Below are positions 9,292 to 17,866 of a DNA stretch of 64,000 nt, piece after piece. How positions within the stretch are numbered: position 1 is the stretch's first letter; every line of letters starts with the position of its first letter. The notes beneath the pieces are model-generated. The model ran no database searches. It saw nothing but the letters and a program-made list of their open reading frames with translations, and was not told the origin of the DNA. The translations under genes and the position numbers were made by a program. This stretch comes from a virus (taxonomy: Duplodnaviria; Caudoviricetes): positions 1-64,000 of IMG/VR virus record IMGVR_UViG_3300025735_000009; one strand, written 5' to 3'.

Positions 9292-9512
9292 GCGGCACCT
9301 GCCAGGGGCGATGCCTCGATGATCTCCCAGCGCTCGGCGGGCAGGTGCTGGCGCTCTACACGCTGCACCGATCCGGCCGGGCAACGCACATACAACGTCT
9401 CGCCTATCTCCAGCTCCACGCGCATGCGCTCATTGGTTTTAAGGTCGACCACCGCAATCGATGGGCGGGTGCGGGTGCTGCCTGCATTGGTCAAAGCGGG
9501 GTTGTTGTACAT
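9288..9512 (-). CDS. hypothetical protein
   Basis: MYNNP start; stop overlaps next start. Confidence 0.5.
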   Translation of the reverse strand: MYNNPALTNAGSTRTRPSIAVVDLKTNERMRVELEIGETLYVRCPAGSVQRVERQHLPAERWEIIEASPLAGAA

Positions 9513-9700
9513 GGTCACAGCATCTTCAAAGGTAATTGAGCCCGGGCGCATTCGTTGAAACCGTGTGGAAGGGCCTTCCCGGCCCTCTCACAGTTGCGGC
9601 GCCCGCAGTCTTGGCAGTAGGTGTAAGCGGTAGGTCGGCCCTGGTGGCGCCACACCACACGCGCACCGTCGCAATAACGGCACTGCATGCGGGGTGCTCC

Positions 9701-10480
9701 CTATTTATCCGCGTCCTGGGGGTTGCGCTTGCTCATCATCAAATCCGCGTAGGCCCACCGGCGATCAGCGTAGGTGGCCAGGTCTTCGCCCTCGAGCATG
9801 GGCAGCGGGCAATGAATGGCGAAGTCATCGCGCAGGTCTTCCAGGTGCTGCAGGTCAGCCGCTGGCGCCGGGTAGATCTTGATACCGCCTTTCAGCATCC
9901 GCTCACGCAGCTCAGGCGATACCAGGAAGTGCGGGCCGGCGTTCTTGCACTCGGCGTCGACACGCTTCAAGAGCTCGCCGAACTCCGACCACTGGCGGCT
10001 ACGCTCGGCAGCCTCGCGCGATCCAGAGCTTTCTCCAGGGACGCAAAGCGTGCCATTGAGCGTGCCGCACACTGGGGTGAAGCTCGCCGCCTCGGACAAG
10101 CCAGCACAATCAGTGTTAGCGGTAGGCGCTGGCGCAGGATCAGCTACCGCGGCCGCCACGCGCTGCGCCAGGTCGTTGTCCAGGTCCAGCTGGTGAGCCT
10201 CGCGCATACGCTTGGCCAGGCCCAGCGAGCGGGTCAGCGGGGACTTGAGGAAGTCCTCGATGACGGGGCGCAGGCCGATCGGCGTCTTGACGGTACCGCC
10301 GGCGCCTTTCTGCACCACCGCCCAGCCGGCGGACGTGCCTACGAACAGCAGCTGGGCGTTGCCGTTACCCTTACGGGTCTTGCACTTGTGGCCGACCAGG
10401 TATTGGCGAAACGGCTCTACCTGCTCGAGCTTGAGCAGATCGGTGTCGTTGATTTTCAGCATGTCTACCGCTTGGTTCAT
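9701..10480 (-). CDS. hypothetical protein
   Basis: MNQAVD start at ATGA overlap with the upstream HTH gene. Confidence 0.65.
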   Translation of the reverse strand: MNQAVDMLKINDTDLLKLEQVEPFRQYLVGHKCKTRKGNGNAQLLFVGTSAGWAVVQKGAGGTVKTPIGLRPVIEDFLKSPLTRSLGLAKRMREAHQLDLDNDLAQRVAAAVADPAPAPTANTDCAGLSEAASFTPVCGTLNGTLCVPGESSGSREAAERSRQWSEFGELLKRVDAECKNAGPHFLVSPELRERMLKGGIKIYPAPAADLQHLEDLRDDFAIHCPLPMLEGEDLATYADRRWAYADLMMSKRNPQDADK

Positions 10481-10788
10481 TGCCCTTGCTCCTGCAGTTG
10501 TCTCGAGGTGTACGGTTTCAGGTTCTCGGCCCGGCCGCGGCGGCGGGTCGGTTTGGATTCGGTAGCGAGCGCCAGGGGCCTTACCCACAGCTGCCCAGTT
10601 TTGAACTGGAACAGCTCCCACAGGCCTAGCTTGATTTCAGCCTCGCCCTTCTCGTAGCTCTGCCAGGAACGGCGGCTGACGTGGATCAGGGCGGCACTGG
10701 CGCGCTGGCTCAGGCCGGCACGCTTACGAGACGCGCGGACCTGCGCAGCGTCGGGTATCAGGTCGGCGATGGATGCAATAGCGGTCAT
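10477..10788 (-). CDS. XRE-family HTH transcriptional regulator
   Basis: VRASRKRAGLSQRASAALIHVSRRSWQSYEKG. Confidence 0.85.
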   Translation of the reverse strand: MTAIASIADLIPDAAQVRASRKRAGLSQRASAALIHVSRRSWQSYEKGEAEIKLGLWELFQFKTGQLWVRPLALATESKPTRRRGRAENLKPYTSRQLQEQGQ

Positions 10789-11867
10789 CCCAATTTTCCT
10801 TCCTCAATCATGCGCAGGCGCTCCTGCATTTCCGCGCGTTGGCGCTCTGTCTTCTCGTGGGCGCGCGCAATGCGTTCGTCCAGCTCTTCGGTGCTCGGCC
10901 CGGCCTGTACGACAACGGCGGGTTCGACGTGTAGGTCGAAGATCTTGCCCAGCAGCTCGCGGTAGGCCTTCTGGGAGCCCGCGTGCACTTTGAGGCCGTC
11001 TTTCGTCTTCTCGACGCCCTCATACAGCGCCAATGCGGCTGGGCTGTAGGAGCGAGAGTCATGGAAGTAGAGGTACTGGTAGCCCTCGCCTGCGCACTCC
11101 GGGCAGTCCGGGTGGGGCGGAAGGCGCTTGTCATAGCCCAGGCCGCCCAGTTCATCGAAGGGGGGCAGGGTTTTGTTGTTGTTCTTCGCATCCGCCAGGG
11201 CGGCTTCGTACTCGGCCAGGCGGTCTTCCATTTCCCGGGGAGTGTGCTGGTACCGGTGGTCGATACCGTGGCAGTAGTGGCAGCAGGCGCGGCGCAGCTC
11301 GGAGATTTCCCGGGCATCAGCGAAGGCCGCGGCATGGATCACACCGATAACGGCGTTCTGCACGTCGGCGGTGCGCTTGAACATTTCGGCCTGGCGGGCG
11401 GCATAGTACGGATGGCTCTTAACCTTCTTTAACAGCCTGCTGGCCCCTGCAGCGGCCACCGCGTCGCTCTTGGCGGAATAGCCCGCATCACGGTACGACT
11501 GGGTGGCGTTGTAGGTGGCCAGGTACAGGTCCACGAACTTGGCCATCTTCGGGCTCAAGCCGTGCAACTCCGCAAGCGCTAAGGCCTCCAGCTCTTTTTC
11601 AGAGAGCGGGATCGGGTTTTTGATCTTGGTGGTGCCCTGCTTGCCAGGCGTGGTGCTGGCGGGCTCGGCCGCGGCTTTGGCGGTCTTTTTGGGGGCAGAA
11701 TTCTTTGCCGTTGCGGGGGCTTTCCCGGCACCCTTTCCGGCAGCCTTTCCCTTGTTAACCTTAACAGCCGACGCGGTGCGGGGTGACCGAGCACCGGGCT
11801 TACCCGATGACGCGGATAGTTGATCCTCACCCATGTCAGGTTTGTCGGTTTTAGGGTTACGTGGCAT
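10785..11867 (-). CDS. terS: terminase small subunit
   Basis: LSPKMAKFVDLYLATYNATQSYRDAGYS HTH typical of phage TerS, plus CCHYC...CPEC module; start MPRNPK with GAGG. Confidence 0.85.
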   Translation of the reverse strand: MPRNPKTDKPDMGEDQLSASSGKPGARSPRTASAVKVNKGKAAGKGAGKAPATAKNSAPKKTAKAAAEPASTTPGKQGTTKIKNPIPLSEKELEALALAELHGLSPKMAKFVDLYLATYNATQSYRDAGYSAKSDAVAAAGASRLLKKVKSHPYYAARQAEMFKRTADVQNAVIGVIHAAAFADAREISELRRACCHYCHGIDHRYQHTPREMEDRLAEYEAALADAKNNNKTLPPFDELGGLGYDKRLPPHPDCPECAGEGYQYLYFHDSRSYSPAALALYEGVEKTKDGLKVHAGSQKAYRELLGKIFDLHVEPAVVVQAGPSTEELDERIARAHEKTERQRAEMQERLRMIEEGKLG

Positions 11868-11942
11868 GGCTACCTCAAGCGCACTTTCTGCATTGCTGAA
11901 CGTGGTACAGGGGCCAACTTCCTGCGCCTCCTGCACGTTTGT

Positions 11943-11964
11943 AAAAAAGCCCGCGTGTGCGGGC
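11943..11964 (-). terminator. intrinsic terminator closing the candidate ncRNA
   Basis: GCCCGC-ACAC-GCGGGC followed by TTTTTT on - strand. Confidence 0.8.
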
Positions 11965-12290
11965 CCTTTCACTTCCTTCCTTGCCGCTACGCTGCAGGCT
12001 GGTACCTACAGCGGTTTCCAGAACCGGGCACGCCTCTGGTCAGGCGCGCATTGAGGAGCAACCCTCTGCCCTTCGCGGTTATCCATGCCATTGGTGTTTA
12101 GGGCCGGTCCTGCACCCCATCACACGCCCTCTTTCCCGGGCATGCGGCTCTGCCGGCAAACAACTCCAGCAGGCCACCAACAACGAGCGACCACGCAACG
12201 CACCCATTCGGTGGGTCAGTCCTTCCCTCGGCAGCAGAACATCAGGTACAGCGCTCACACAGGTTGCAGCGGGGGTGCCTTATGCCAGGT
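11943..12290 (-). ncRNA. candidate large structured non-coding RNA (family unknown; 5' end approximate)
   Basis: No credible ORF; at least 7 helices, many with G-U pairs only on - strand; long-range closing helices; terminator at 3' end. Confidence 0.6.
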
Positions 12291-12379
12291 CCGTAGACAC
12301 GTCCCATAAGGGCGCTGGCGGCCCCTCCCACTGCATAAAACAGCGCTCTCTAACCCCAAAACGCTCTTTTATGCGGTGG

Positions 12380-13081
12380 TCACAGGAACAGCAGTTGCTG
12401 GACCCGCTCTTTGATCTCCACCGGGTTAACGGCAACCGGCTCCACTTCGTCGTGCGCCAGCTTCTCGCGCTTCACCCGTTCGCAGTGTTCTTTCATGGTC
12501 ACATGCAATTCGCTCATCAAACGGAGCACCTTTGCGCCGTTTTTAATGTCGTCGTAGCCTGGATCGCGGCGGGCGATCTCCAGTGCATTGCCCAGGTTCT
12601 CGACCATGGTGGCCACCTGGCCCAGCAGCTCGCGATCGGCGCTGAAACCCTCGATCATGATTGCGCTCTGGCGCGCCATGGCGTTGACCATGCTATGGAA
12701 CTGGCTACCGACGGCCTCAGCCATCACGCCCACCAACACAGCCTGGTTACCCTCTTCTGGTGCGCGGGTAATGTCGTCGTGCACGCCCATCAGGTAGTCG
12801 ACGGTCACGCAGTAGAGCTTCGCCAGCAGTTTCAGGTTGTTGAGGCTCGGCGCCCGGTGGCCGTTCTCGAACAGGCTGATCTGGGTAACGCCCTTATGCG
12901 CCAGCGCCAGCCCGGCAGCGCTCTCGGAAAAACCGGCCAGCTTGCGGGCTTTGCGCAGGCGCGGGCCTACGATCGCCATCAGTTCAGCCTCAGCCTGGCG
13001 CGCCTGGTCGGACGGGCTGGCGCCAGCGCCCAAATCCTCGCTTTCGTCAAAAAGAGGTGCGACCGGGTCAAAAACCCCCAT
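12380..13081 (-). CDS. XRE-family HTH regulator with extended C-terminus
   Basis: RLRKARKLAGFSESAAGLALAHKGVTQISLFENGHRAPSLNNL; start moved to MGVF because the longer start lies inside an operator copy. Confidence 0.85.
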   Translation of the reverse strand: MGVFDPVAPLFDESEDLGAGASPSDQARQAEAELMAIVGPRLRKARKLAGFSESAAGLALAHKGVTQISLFENGHRAPSLNNLKLLAKLYCVTVDYLMGVHDDITRAPEEGNQAVLVGVMAEAVGSQFHSMVNAMARQSAIMIEGFSADRELLGQVATMVENLGNALEIARRDPGYDDIKNGAKVLRLMSELHVTMKEHCERVKREKLAHDEVEPVAVNPVEIKERVQQLLFL

Positions 13082-13119
13082 TTCGGCTCCGTTTTGACTC
13101 TGATTCGGCTTCGCTGAAC

Positions 13120-13192
13120 TATCCGCGTACATATTCACCGGTTTTAACCCTCCGTTGGCGCGATTCGAGGCGAGTAAAAACTATCCGCGTAC
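13120..13192 (-). promoter_or_regulatory. tandem operator motifs (13120-13130, 13182-13192)
   Basis: Two exact TATCCGCGTAC copies upstream of the HTH gene. Confidence 0.8.
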
Positions 13193-13482
13193 ATTAATCA
13201 AGGCATTGGCGCATTTACTTCGCTGCCATTGCTGGCATTGTGGCCACGTTCCTGCGCCCCATAAACACGGGTGTTTCAGGAAAACACGGGGCTGTACCGG
13301 CCGGCTGTGACCATGGGTTTGTGCCGGGCACAGGCAAGCGCCCGCAATTCCCTCGATTTGTGATTGCACAATGCCAGCTATTTGGAGTTTATGCGGCAGG
13401 CCTGCCGGAGTAGTCCCACAATTACATAGTATTTTGTGTGGGTATCCGCCCGGGCGAGTGCCAGCGGGCGGCTATGAGAGGG

Positions 13483-14022
13483 TCAGTCTCGAACGGGCTC
13501 GATATTCCACCCGCCGCCTTGCGCTTTGGGAATGGGGTACGCCACGCGGAACACGAACGGGAATTCGTTGGCGGCAATCTTCATCTTGACCTTGGCGTCG
13601 TCGGCATAAATCGCCTTGGAGCCCTTCACGTCGTGCATTTCGAAGGTGCCACACGCCAGCATCACCGCGAAGTCGACGGTCAACGACGTATTGGGCGCCA
13701 GCTCCAGCTTGATGGCCTCGAACTTCCACCACAGCACCTCTCCGGCCATGCGGCGCTGATCCAGGAGCGCCGCATAGCGCTTCTCGGTGGCGTTCATTTC
13801 ACCCTTGGGCAAACGTCCCTTGGCCTGCATGCGCTCCAGGGCGGTGGGCTTTGGCGCTGCAGGGGCTACGCTTGGCGGCAGTGCCGGCGGTGTGGCGTGC
13901 TGGCTGCTCTGGGCGCGCTTGGCCGATGCGCGGGGGTTTGGACCGCTCTGGCCCATTTCCCGCACCCTGTAGCCTGCTGGAAGCGCATTCAGGGTTTCCT
14001 CAGTCATCCATCGCTTGCTCAC
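13483..14022 (-). CDS. DUF1064-like PD-(D/E)XK nuclease
   Basis: KFEAIKLEL...LTVDF...EMHDVKG. Confidence 0.75.
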   Translation of the reverse strand: MSKRWMTEETLNALPAGYRVREMGQSGPNPRASAKRAQSSQHATPPALPPSVAPAAPKPTALERMQAKGRLPKGEMNATEKRYAALLDQRRMAGEVLWWKFEAIKLELAPNTSLTVDFAVMLACGTFEMHDVKGSKAIYADDAKVKMKIAANEFPFVFRVAYPIPKAQGGGWNIEPVRD

Positions 14023-14867
14023 AGCGCAAGCACTCCAGCAGTGGCAGCTCCTGCCAACGCCAGTGGCTTGGCCAGCTCCGCCTGCAGCTGCTCGACCACC
14101 AGCGCATATGCCTCGGGATGCTGCTTGTCGAATGCCGGCATATGCTCACTCTCCACCCATTGCCCGCGAACCTCTCCCCGCGCCAGCCAGGCGGGCTTTC
14201 TCCCTGGTGACTGGGTCCAGCTGGTGACGCCTATACCATGGGCCGCGATCTGCTTGGCTGTAATGAACCCTTGACTGCGCATCAGGGCAACTACTTTCAT
14301 CGCCGCCTCTTTCCAGGGTGTCAGGCTCATCGGGGATGGAACGCCGGCTGGCAGCGTAGTCGCCAGCATGGGCACCCGGCATCGTTCGGACGGCCACCAA
14401 TCAAACATCCGATCGGCACTGTAGGGTGATGCAGTCCCATCACGGTCAAGCAACTGGTGGCGCAGGTCAAAGGTATAGATCTCCCCCCGCTTTTGATCAT
14501 AGGTCTTACGCGGGCACAGCACCGTAACGCCCAGGCACTTGAGCATCTTGGCTATCCCAGCGCTGGCATCCGTGATCTTGCTGACGATAACCAGGCGATG
14601 GTCAGGCCCTGGCCGCCCCCAGTAGTCATCGCGCGGCTCCGGCATGATCTGGTCCGCCACCTTGGCATTGAGCGCCAGCTTCGCTTCCACGCCTATCTGC
14701 CTCCCGCTCTCGTGCACCACCAGTACGTCGAAGCCTGCCGCCTCTGGATAGCAGGTCCAACCAGGTAGCGCGTTGAATTCCTGGATGAAGTACTGGCACA
14801 GGTCGGCTTCCTTCTCGATAACGGCTGTATTGCGCACGATTGGCGCCACTTGGCTTATTTCGGACAT
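14019..14867 (-). CDS. putative PD-(D/E)XK nuclease-like protein
   Basis: YPEAAGFDVLVV...IGVEAKL motif. Confidence 0.55.
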   Translation of the reverse strand: MSEISQVAPIVRNTAVIEKEADLCQYFIQEFNALPGWTCYPEAAGFDVLVVHESGRQIGVEAKLALNAKVADQIMPEPRDDYWGRPGPDHRLVIVSKITDASAGIAKMLKCLGVTVLCPRKTYDQKRGEIYTFDLRHQLLDRDGTASPYSADRMFDWWPSERCRVPMLATTLPAGVPSPMSLTPWKEAAMKVVALMRSQGFITAKQIAAHGIGVTSWTQSPGRKPAWLARGEVRGQWVESEHMPAFDKQHPEAYALVVEQLQAELAKPLALAGAATAGVLAL

Positions 14868-14979
14868 GACAGTCTCCGGCCCGCCGGTCATCAGCGGGCT
14901 TGTGTAAGGGGTATGGTCATTCTGAGTGCCGGGCTTGGCCGGCTACGGCAGGGCTTTGCGCCCCACCGGTTACCGCTGG

Positions 14980-16209
14980 CTACCCGAACGCTTTACGGGC
15001 ATCGGCCTCGTTGTCGAAGAGTCGGCAACCCCAGCAGGTCCACGTACCATCGTTATGCTGGCGGTAGAACGCTCGATTCTCCTGGCCAAGCGTCTCCAGA
15101 TACCGCTGAACAGCCTCTGTGAAGGTCGCGCCCTCGAATGTCCCGTGACAGGTCGCAGTGGCCGCCTCGCCGGTCGCCCTGTATCCCTCTGACCAGATTT
15201 CAAACGTCCGCATCGGATCGACCTCGGCCTGCACCGGTGCTGCAGAATCACGCTTGTACAGGGCCTTCACCTCGATATCGCCCGGATCACCGCTGTAAGC
15301 CGGCTCTATTAGGCTGACCTGCCATCTGGCAAGTGATGCCCCCAGCTTCAAGCGATAGGCCCAGCCAGCAGGCTCATCGTTCGCCGGGCCGGTATACAGC
15401 TCGGTGGTGACATACCCGCCGTTCTCCACCCAGTTGCCGGGATAGTTCTGCTTTGTCAGGTGGATTTGGGCGTCAAGCGTACCCGGCCTGGTGTACAGCC
15501 AGGCAAACACACCGAAGTCAGGGTGGCCAGGCTGCGCTGCAGTCTCGGGGGTTCTGGCTCCACAAGCGCACACTACATACGCGCGGTTCGGTACCGGGCC
15601 GCCCGTGGCGCGGTTGCACTCTTGGCAACGGTATTCCTTCCCCATCAGCACTGCATTGACGAAGGCGCGCTGCTCTTCGATCACTGCATCAGTGCGCTGA
15701 TCCAGGTCCTCACCGTTGATTACCACGTTGTCCGGTACCAGGCCGGCGAACAGGCCGCCATTGTGGACCGTGTCGACGTCAGCGTGGCGCAGCACCAGGT
15801 AACGATCGGCGTTCTTGCGCAGGTCTTCGCGCTCAGCCTTCACGGTGTCGCACTCACGGTCCAGGCGATCTACTTCCTCGAGCAGGCGACTACGGCCGCC
15901 GTGCTTCATGCTGTCTTGAATCTCAGCGTAGGTACGGGTCAGGCGCTGGCGGACCAGCTTAGGGATGCCGGCACGCGTGGCTGCATCGATGTTATCCAAC
16001 CAGCGCTGGCGGATCTTTGCCGTGGATGCCGCTACCGGCGCCAGCAGGCCGCGCAGACGTTCGTTCTCAGCGATCAGGCCCAACACCTCGTCAGGGCCGC
16101 ACTCGCTGTAAAACTCGCTCAGGCGGCGCTCGTACTCAGCCTCATCGGCACAACTCAGTGGAGCACAGGCCAGGGCAGCGGTTTTCAATGCTTCAACTTG
16201 GGTATTCAT
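14980..16209 (-). CDS. phage accessory protein (Ead/Ea22-like segments)
   Basis: PDEVLGLIAENERLR and LRKNADRY segments; 409 aa. Confidence 0.6.
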   Translation of the reverse strand: MNTQVEALKTAALACAPLSCADEAEYERRLSEFYSECGPDEVLGLIAENERLRGLLAPVAASTAKIRQRWLDNIDAATRAGIPKLVRQRLTRTYAEIQDSMKHGGRSRLLEEVDRLDRECDTVKAEREDLRKNADRYLVLRHADVDTVHNGGLFAGLVPDNVVINGEDLDQRTDAVIEEQRAFVNAVLMGKEYRCQECNRATGGPVPNRAYVVCACGARTPETAAQPGHPDFGVFAWLYTRPGTLDAQIHLTKQNYPGNWVENGGYVTTELYTGPANDEPAGWAYRLKLGASLARWQVSLIEPAYSGDPGDIEVKALYKRDSAAPVQAEVDPMRTFEIWSEGYRATGEAATATCHGTFEGATFTEAVQRYLETLGQENRAFYRQHNDGTWTCWGCRLFDNEADARKAFG

Positions 16210-16505
16210 GACTTCATCCTCAAACCTTGCGCCTTAAGCGACTCTTTCACCTTCTCATGCGCCCATTGGCCATCTGGGTCACCCATGATCAGCTCGAACG
16301 GGTTCACCACCTGCAGCGCCTGGCGGGACGCCTGCCAGGCCCAGAAGGCAAGGCGAATCATTGGGTCACCGTGGGTACCGTCCTCACGGCGCCAGCTCAC
16401 TATGCGAATGGCCTGGGCGCGGATCGATTCACCGAACTGCGCCACCATTTCGTCAATGTAAGCGCCCTCGAACTGCTCGCGGGCAGCTTCTGGGCGCACA
16501 GTCAC
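16206..16505 (-). CDS. hypothetical protein
   Basis: AFWAWQASR motif; overlapping start/stop. Confidence 0.7.
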   Translation of the reverse strand: MTVRPEAAREQFEGAYIDEMVAQFGESIRAQAIRIVSWRREDGTHGDPMIRLAFWAWQASRQALQVVNPFELIMGDPDGQWAHEKVKESLKAQGLRMKS

Positions 16506-16750
16506 GACTTCACCACTCGAAGCGTAGGGCCTGGGGTATTGGGAAGCGCCTGGGCGGTGGCTTCCAGAATGGCGCGCGTGCCTTCCGAGCCAAGTTGAGC
16601 GCTCATGGTGCCGGCGATAGCCGCAATGAAGCCCGCGAAGGCATGGGCCTTGTCTTGATGGCCACTAAAGCCATCAAGCGATGTTGCCGTGTCAAAGGTC
16701 GGTGCCAGCATCAGCCACAGGTCACGGCCATACTCGGTTGCTTTACTCAT
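16502..16750 (-). CDS. hypothetical protein
   Basis: Operonic overlap on both sides. Confidence 0.65.
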   Translation of the reverse strand: MSKATEYGRDLWLMLAPTFDTATSLDGFSGHQDKAHAFAGFIAAIAGTMSAQLGSEGTRAILEATAQALPNTPGPTLRVVKS

Positions 16751-17276
16751 TTGGAGTCACCTGGCCACCAGCGGCCTCAATGGCTTGCGTGAACGCGGCC
16801 TGCAGCTCGCGCACCACGTTGTCTTTGTACCCATCGAACCCGGGCAGCTGCACGGTGAAGGGCTCAAGCGTATCGGCCTGGCGCTCGTCTGCCTTGCACC
16901 AGAACGCAATCACCTTGCGGCCGTCACCCTTGTAGTCGCTCAGGAAGCGGCCTTTAACGCGCTCGTATGAGGAACTGAGGTGCACGGCAGCCACCTGCCG
17001 GCCGTCTCGGAAGTCAGCCGGCATACGGTGCATGGCGAAAACTTCAAGATCGGGGTCAAGGGTGGCCATCTGGCGCATCAGGTCGCGGACAGTACGAGGC
17101 GCACCCCAGCGGATAGGGTCAGCAGGCGCCGCCAGTACGGCACGGAGCTCGTATTGAGCCTGCAGGGCCTCGCGGTCTTCGACCTCATGCTTCACCAGCG
17201 CTTCTACGTGGCAGCGCTCCACCAGCACCAGCTTGCGTTCATCGCCAAGGCGCTGGGCCTTTTCTTGATCGGTCAT
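16743..17276 (-). CDS. hypothetical protein
   Basis: Operonic overlap; C-terminus similar to a segment of the upstream gene. Confidence 0.7.
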   Translation of the reverse strand: MTDQEKAQRLGDERKLVLVERCHVEALVKHEVEDREALQAQYELRAVLAAPADPIRWGAPRTVRDLMRQMATLDPDLEVFAMHRMPADFRDGRQVAAVHLSSSYERVKGRFLSDYKGDGRKVIAFWCKADERQADTLEPFTVQLPGFDGYKDNVVRELQAAFTQAIEAAGGQVTPNE

Positions 17277-17866
17277 GGTTTCACCTGCAGGCCTTGGGCC
17301 TCGAGAGCACTACGGACGTCGGCCAGGTACTTGCCATGCTCGAAGCACTCGCCCTCTTCCTCGGGGTAGGACTCCCAGTATTTGGGGTCCCGCTGGTTGG
17401 GCAGCTCCACCACCAGGTTCACCACTTTGCCGCCCACCCCTTCAATGGCCTGCTTGAACGCGGCCTGTAGGTCACGCTCCATGCTCGCGGGGTAGTCTTC
17501 AAAGCTCGGCATGCTGGCCACCAGCGGCAGCTGTAGTGCTGTTGCACGATCGGTGTGAGCGGTGGCCACCGCCTGGGCAAGGTTCGATAGCCCATGGCTG
17601 CGCAGCACCGCCACGGCGGCCAGCAGCTCTTCGTCGATGCTGGCAGTGGCATCAGCCATGACAGCGGCGGCCAAACCGCTGCACTGGCCGTGGGCCACAT
17701 CGTTCGTCTGCGCCAGCTGCTGCAAGCGCTTGACCATCTGGTCAGCGAGCTCGACATGATCCTCAGCGCTGGTGATCGGCATCGGCACGAACTCTACGCC
17801 CACCTTGGCCATGGCCTGCGCAGCGCCAAGGGAGGTTTGTACCAGGTATGGGTGGACTCGCTTCAT
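17273..17866 (-). CDS. hypothetical protein
   Basis: ATGA overlaps. Confidence 0.7.
   Translation of the reverse strand: MKRVHPYLVQTSLGAAQAMAKVGVEFVPMPITSAEDHVELADQMVKRLQQLAQTNDVAHGQCSGLAAAVMADATASIDEELLAAVAVLRSHGLSNLAQAVATAHTDRATALQLPLVASMPSFEDYPASMERDLQAAFKQAIEGVGGKVVNLVVELPNQRDPKYWESYPEEEGECFEHGKYLADVRSALEAQGLQVKP

Noticed and set aside
10477-10788. Aca-type regulator marking an anti-CRISPR locus
   Set aside because: The upstream gene is terS, not a small acidic Acr candidate, and no specific Aca similarity was recognised.
9706-11820. TATCCGCGTC variants at 9706 and 11809 as operators
   Set aside because: One mismatch and both within coding sequence; may be chance.
11943-12290. tRNA, tmRNA, RNase P, 6S RNA or self-splicing intron identity for the structured segment
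   Set aside because: No cloverleaf or CCA end, no RNase P core motifs, no single long hairpin, and no interrupted gene.
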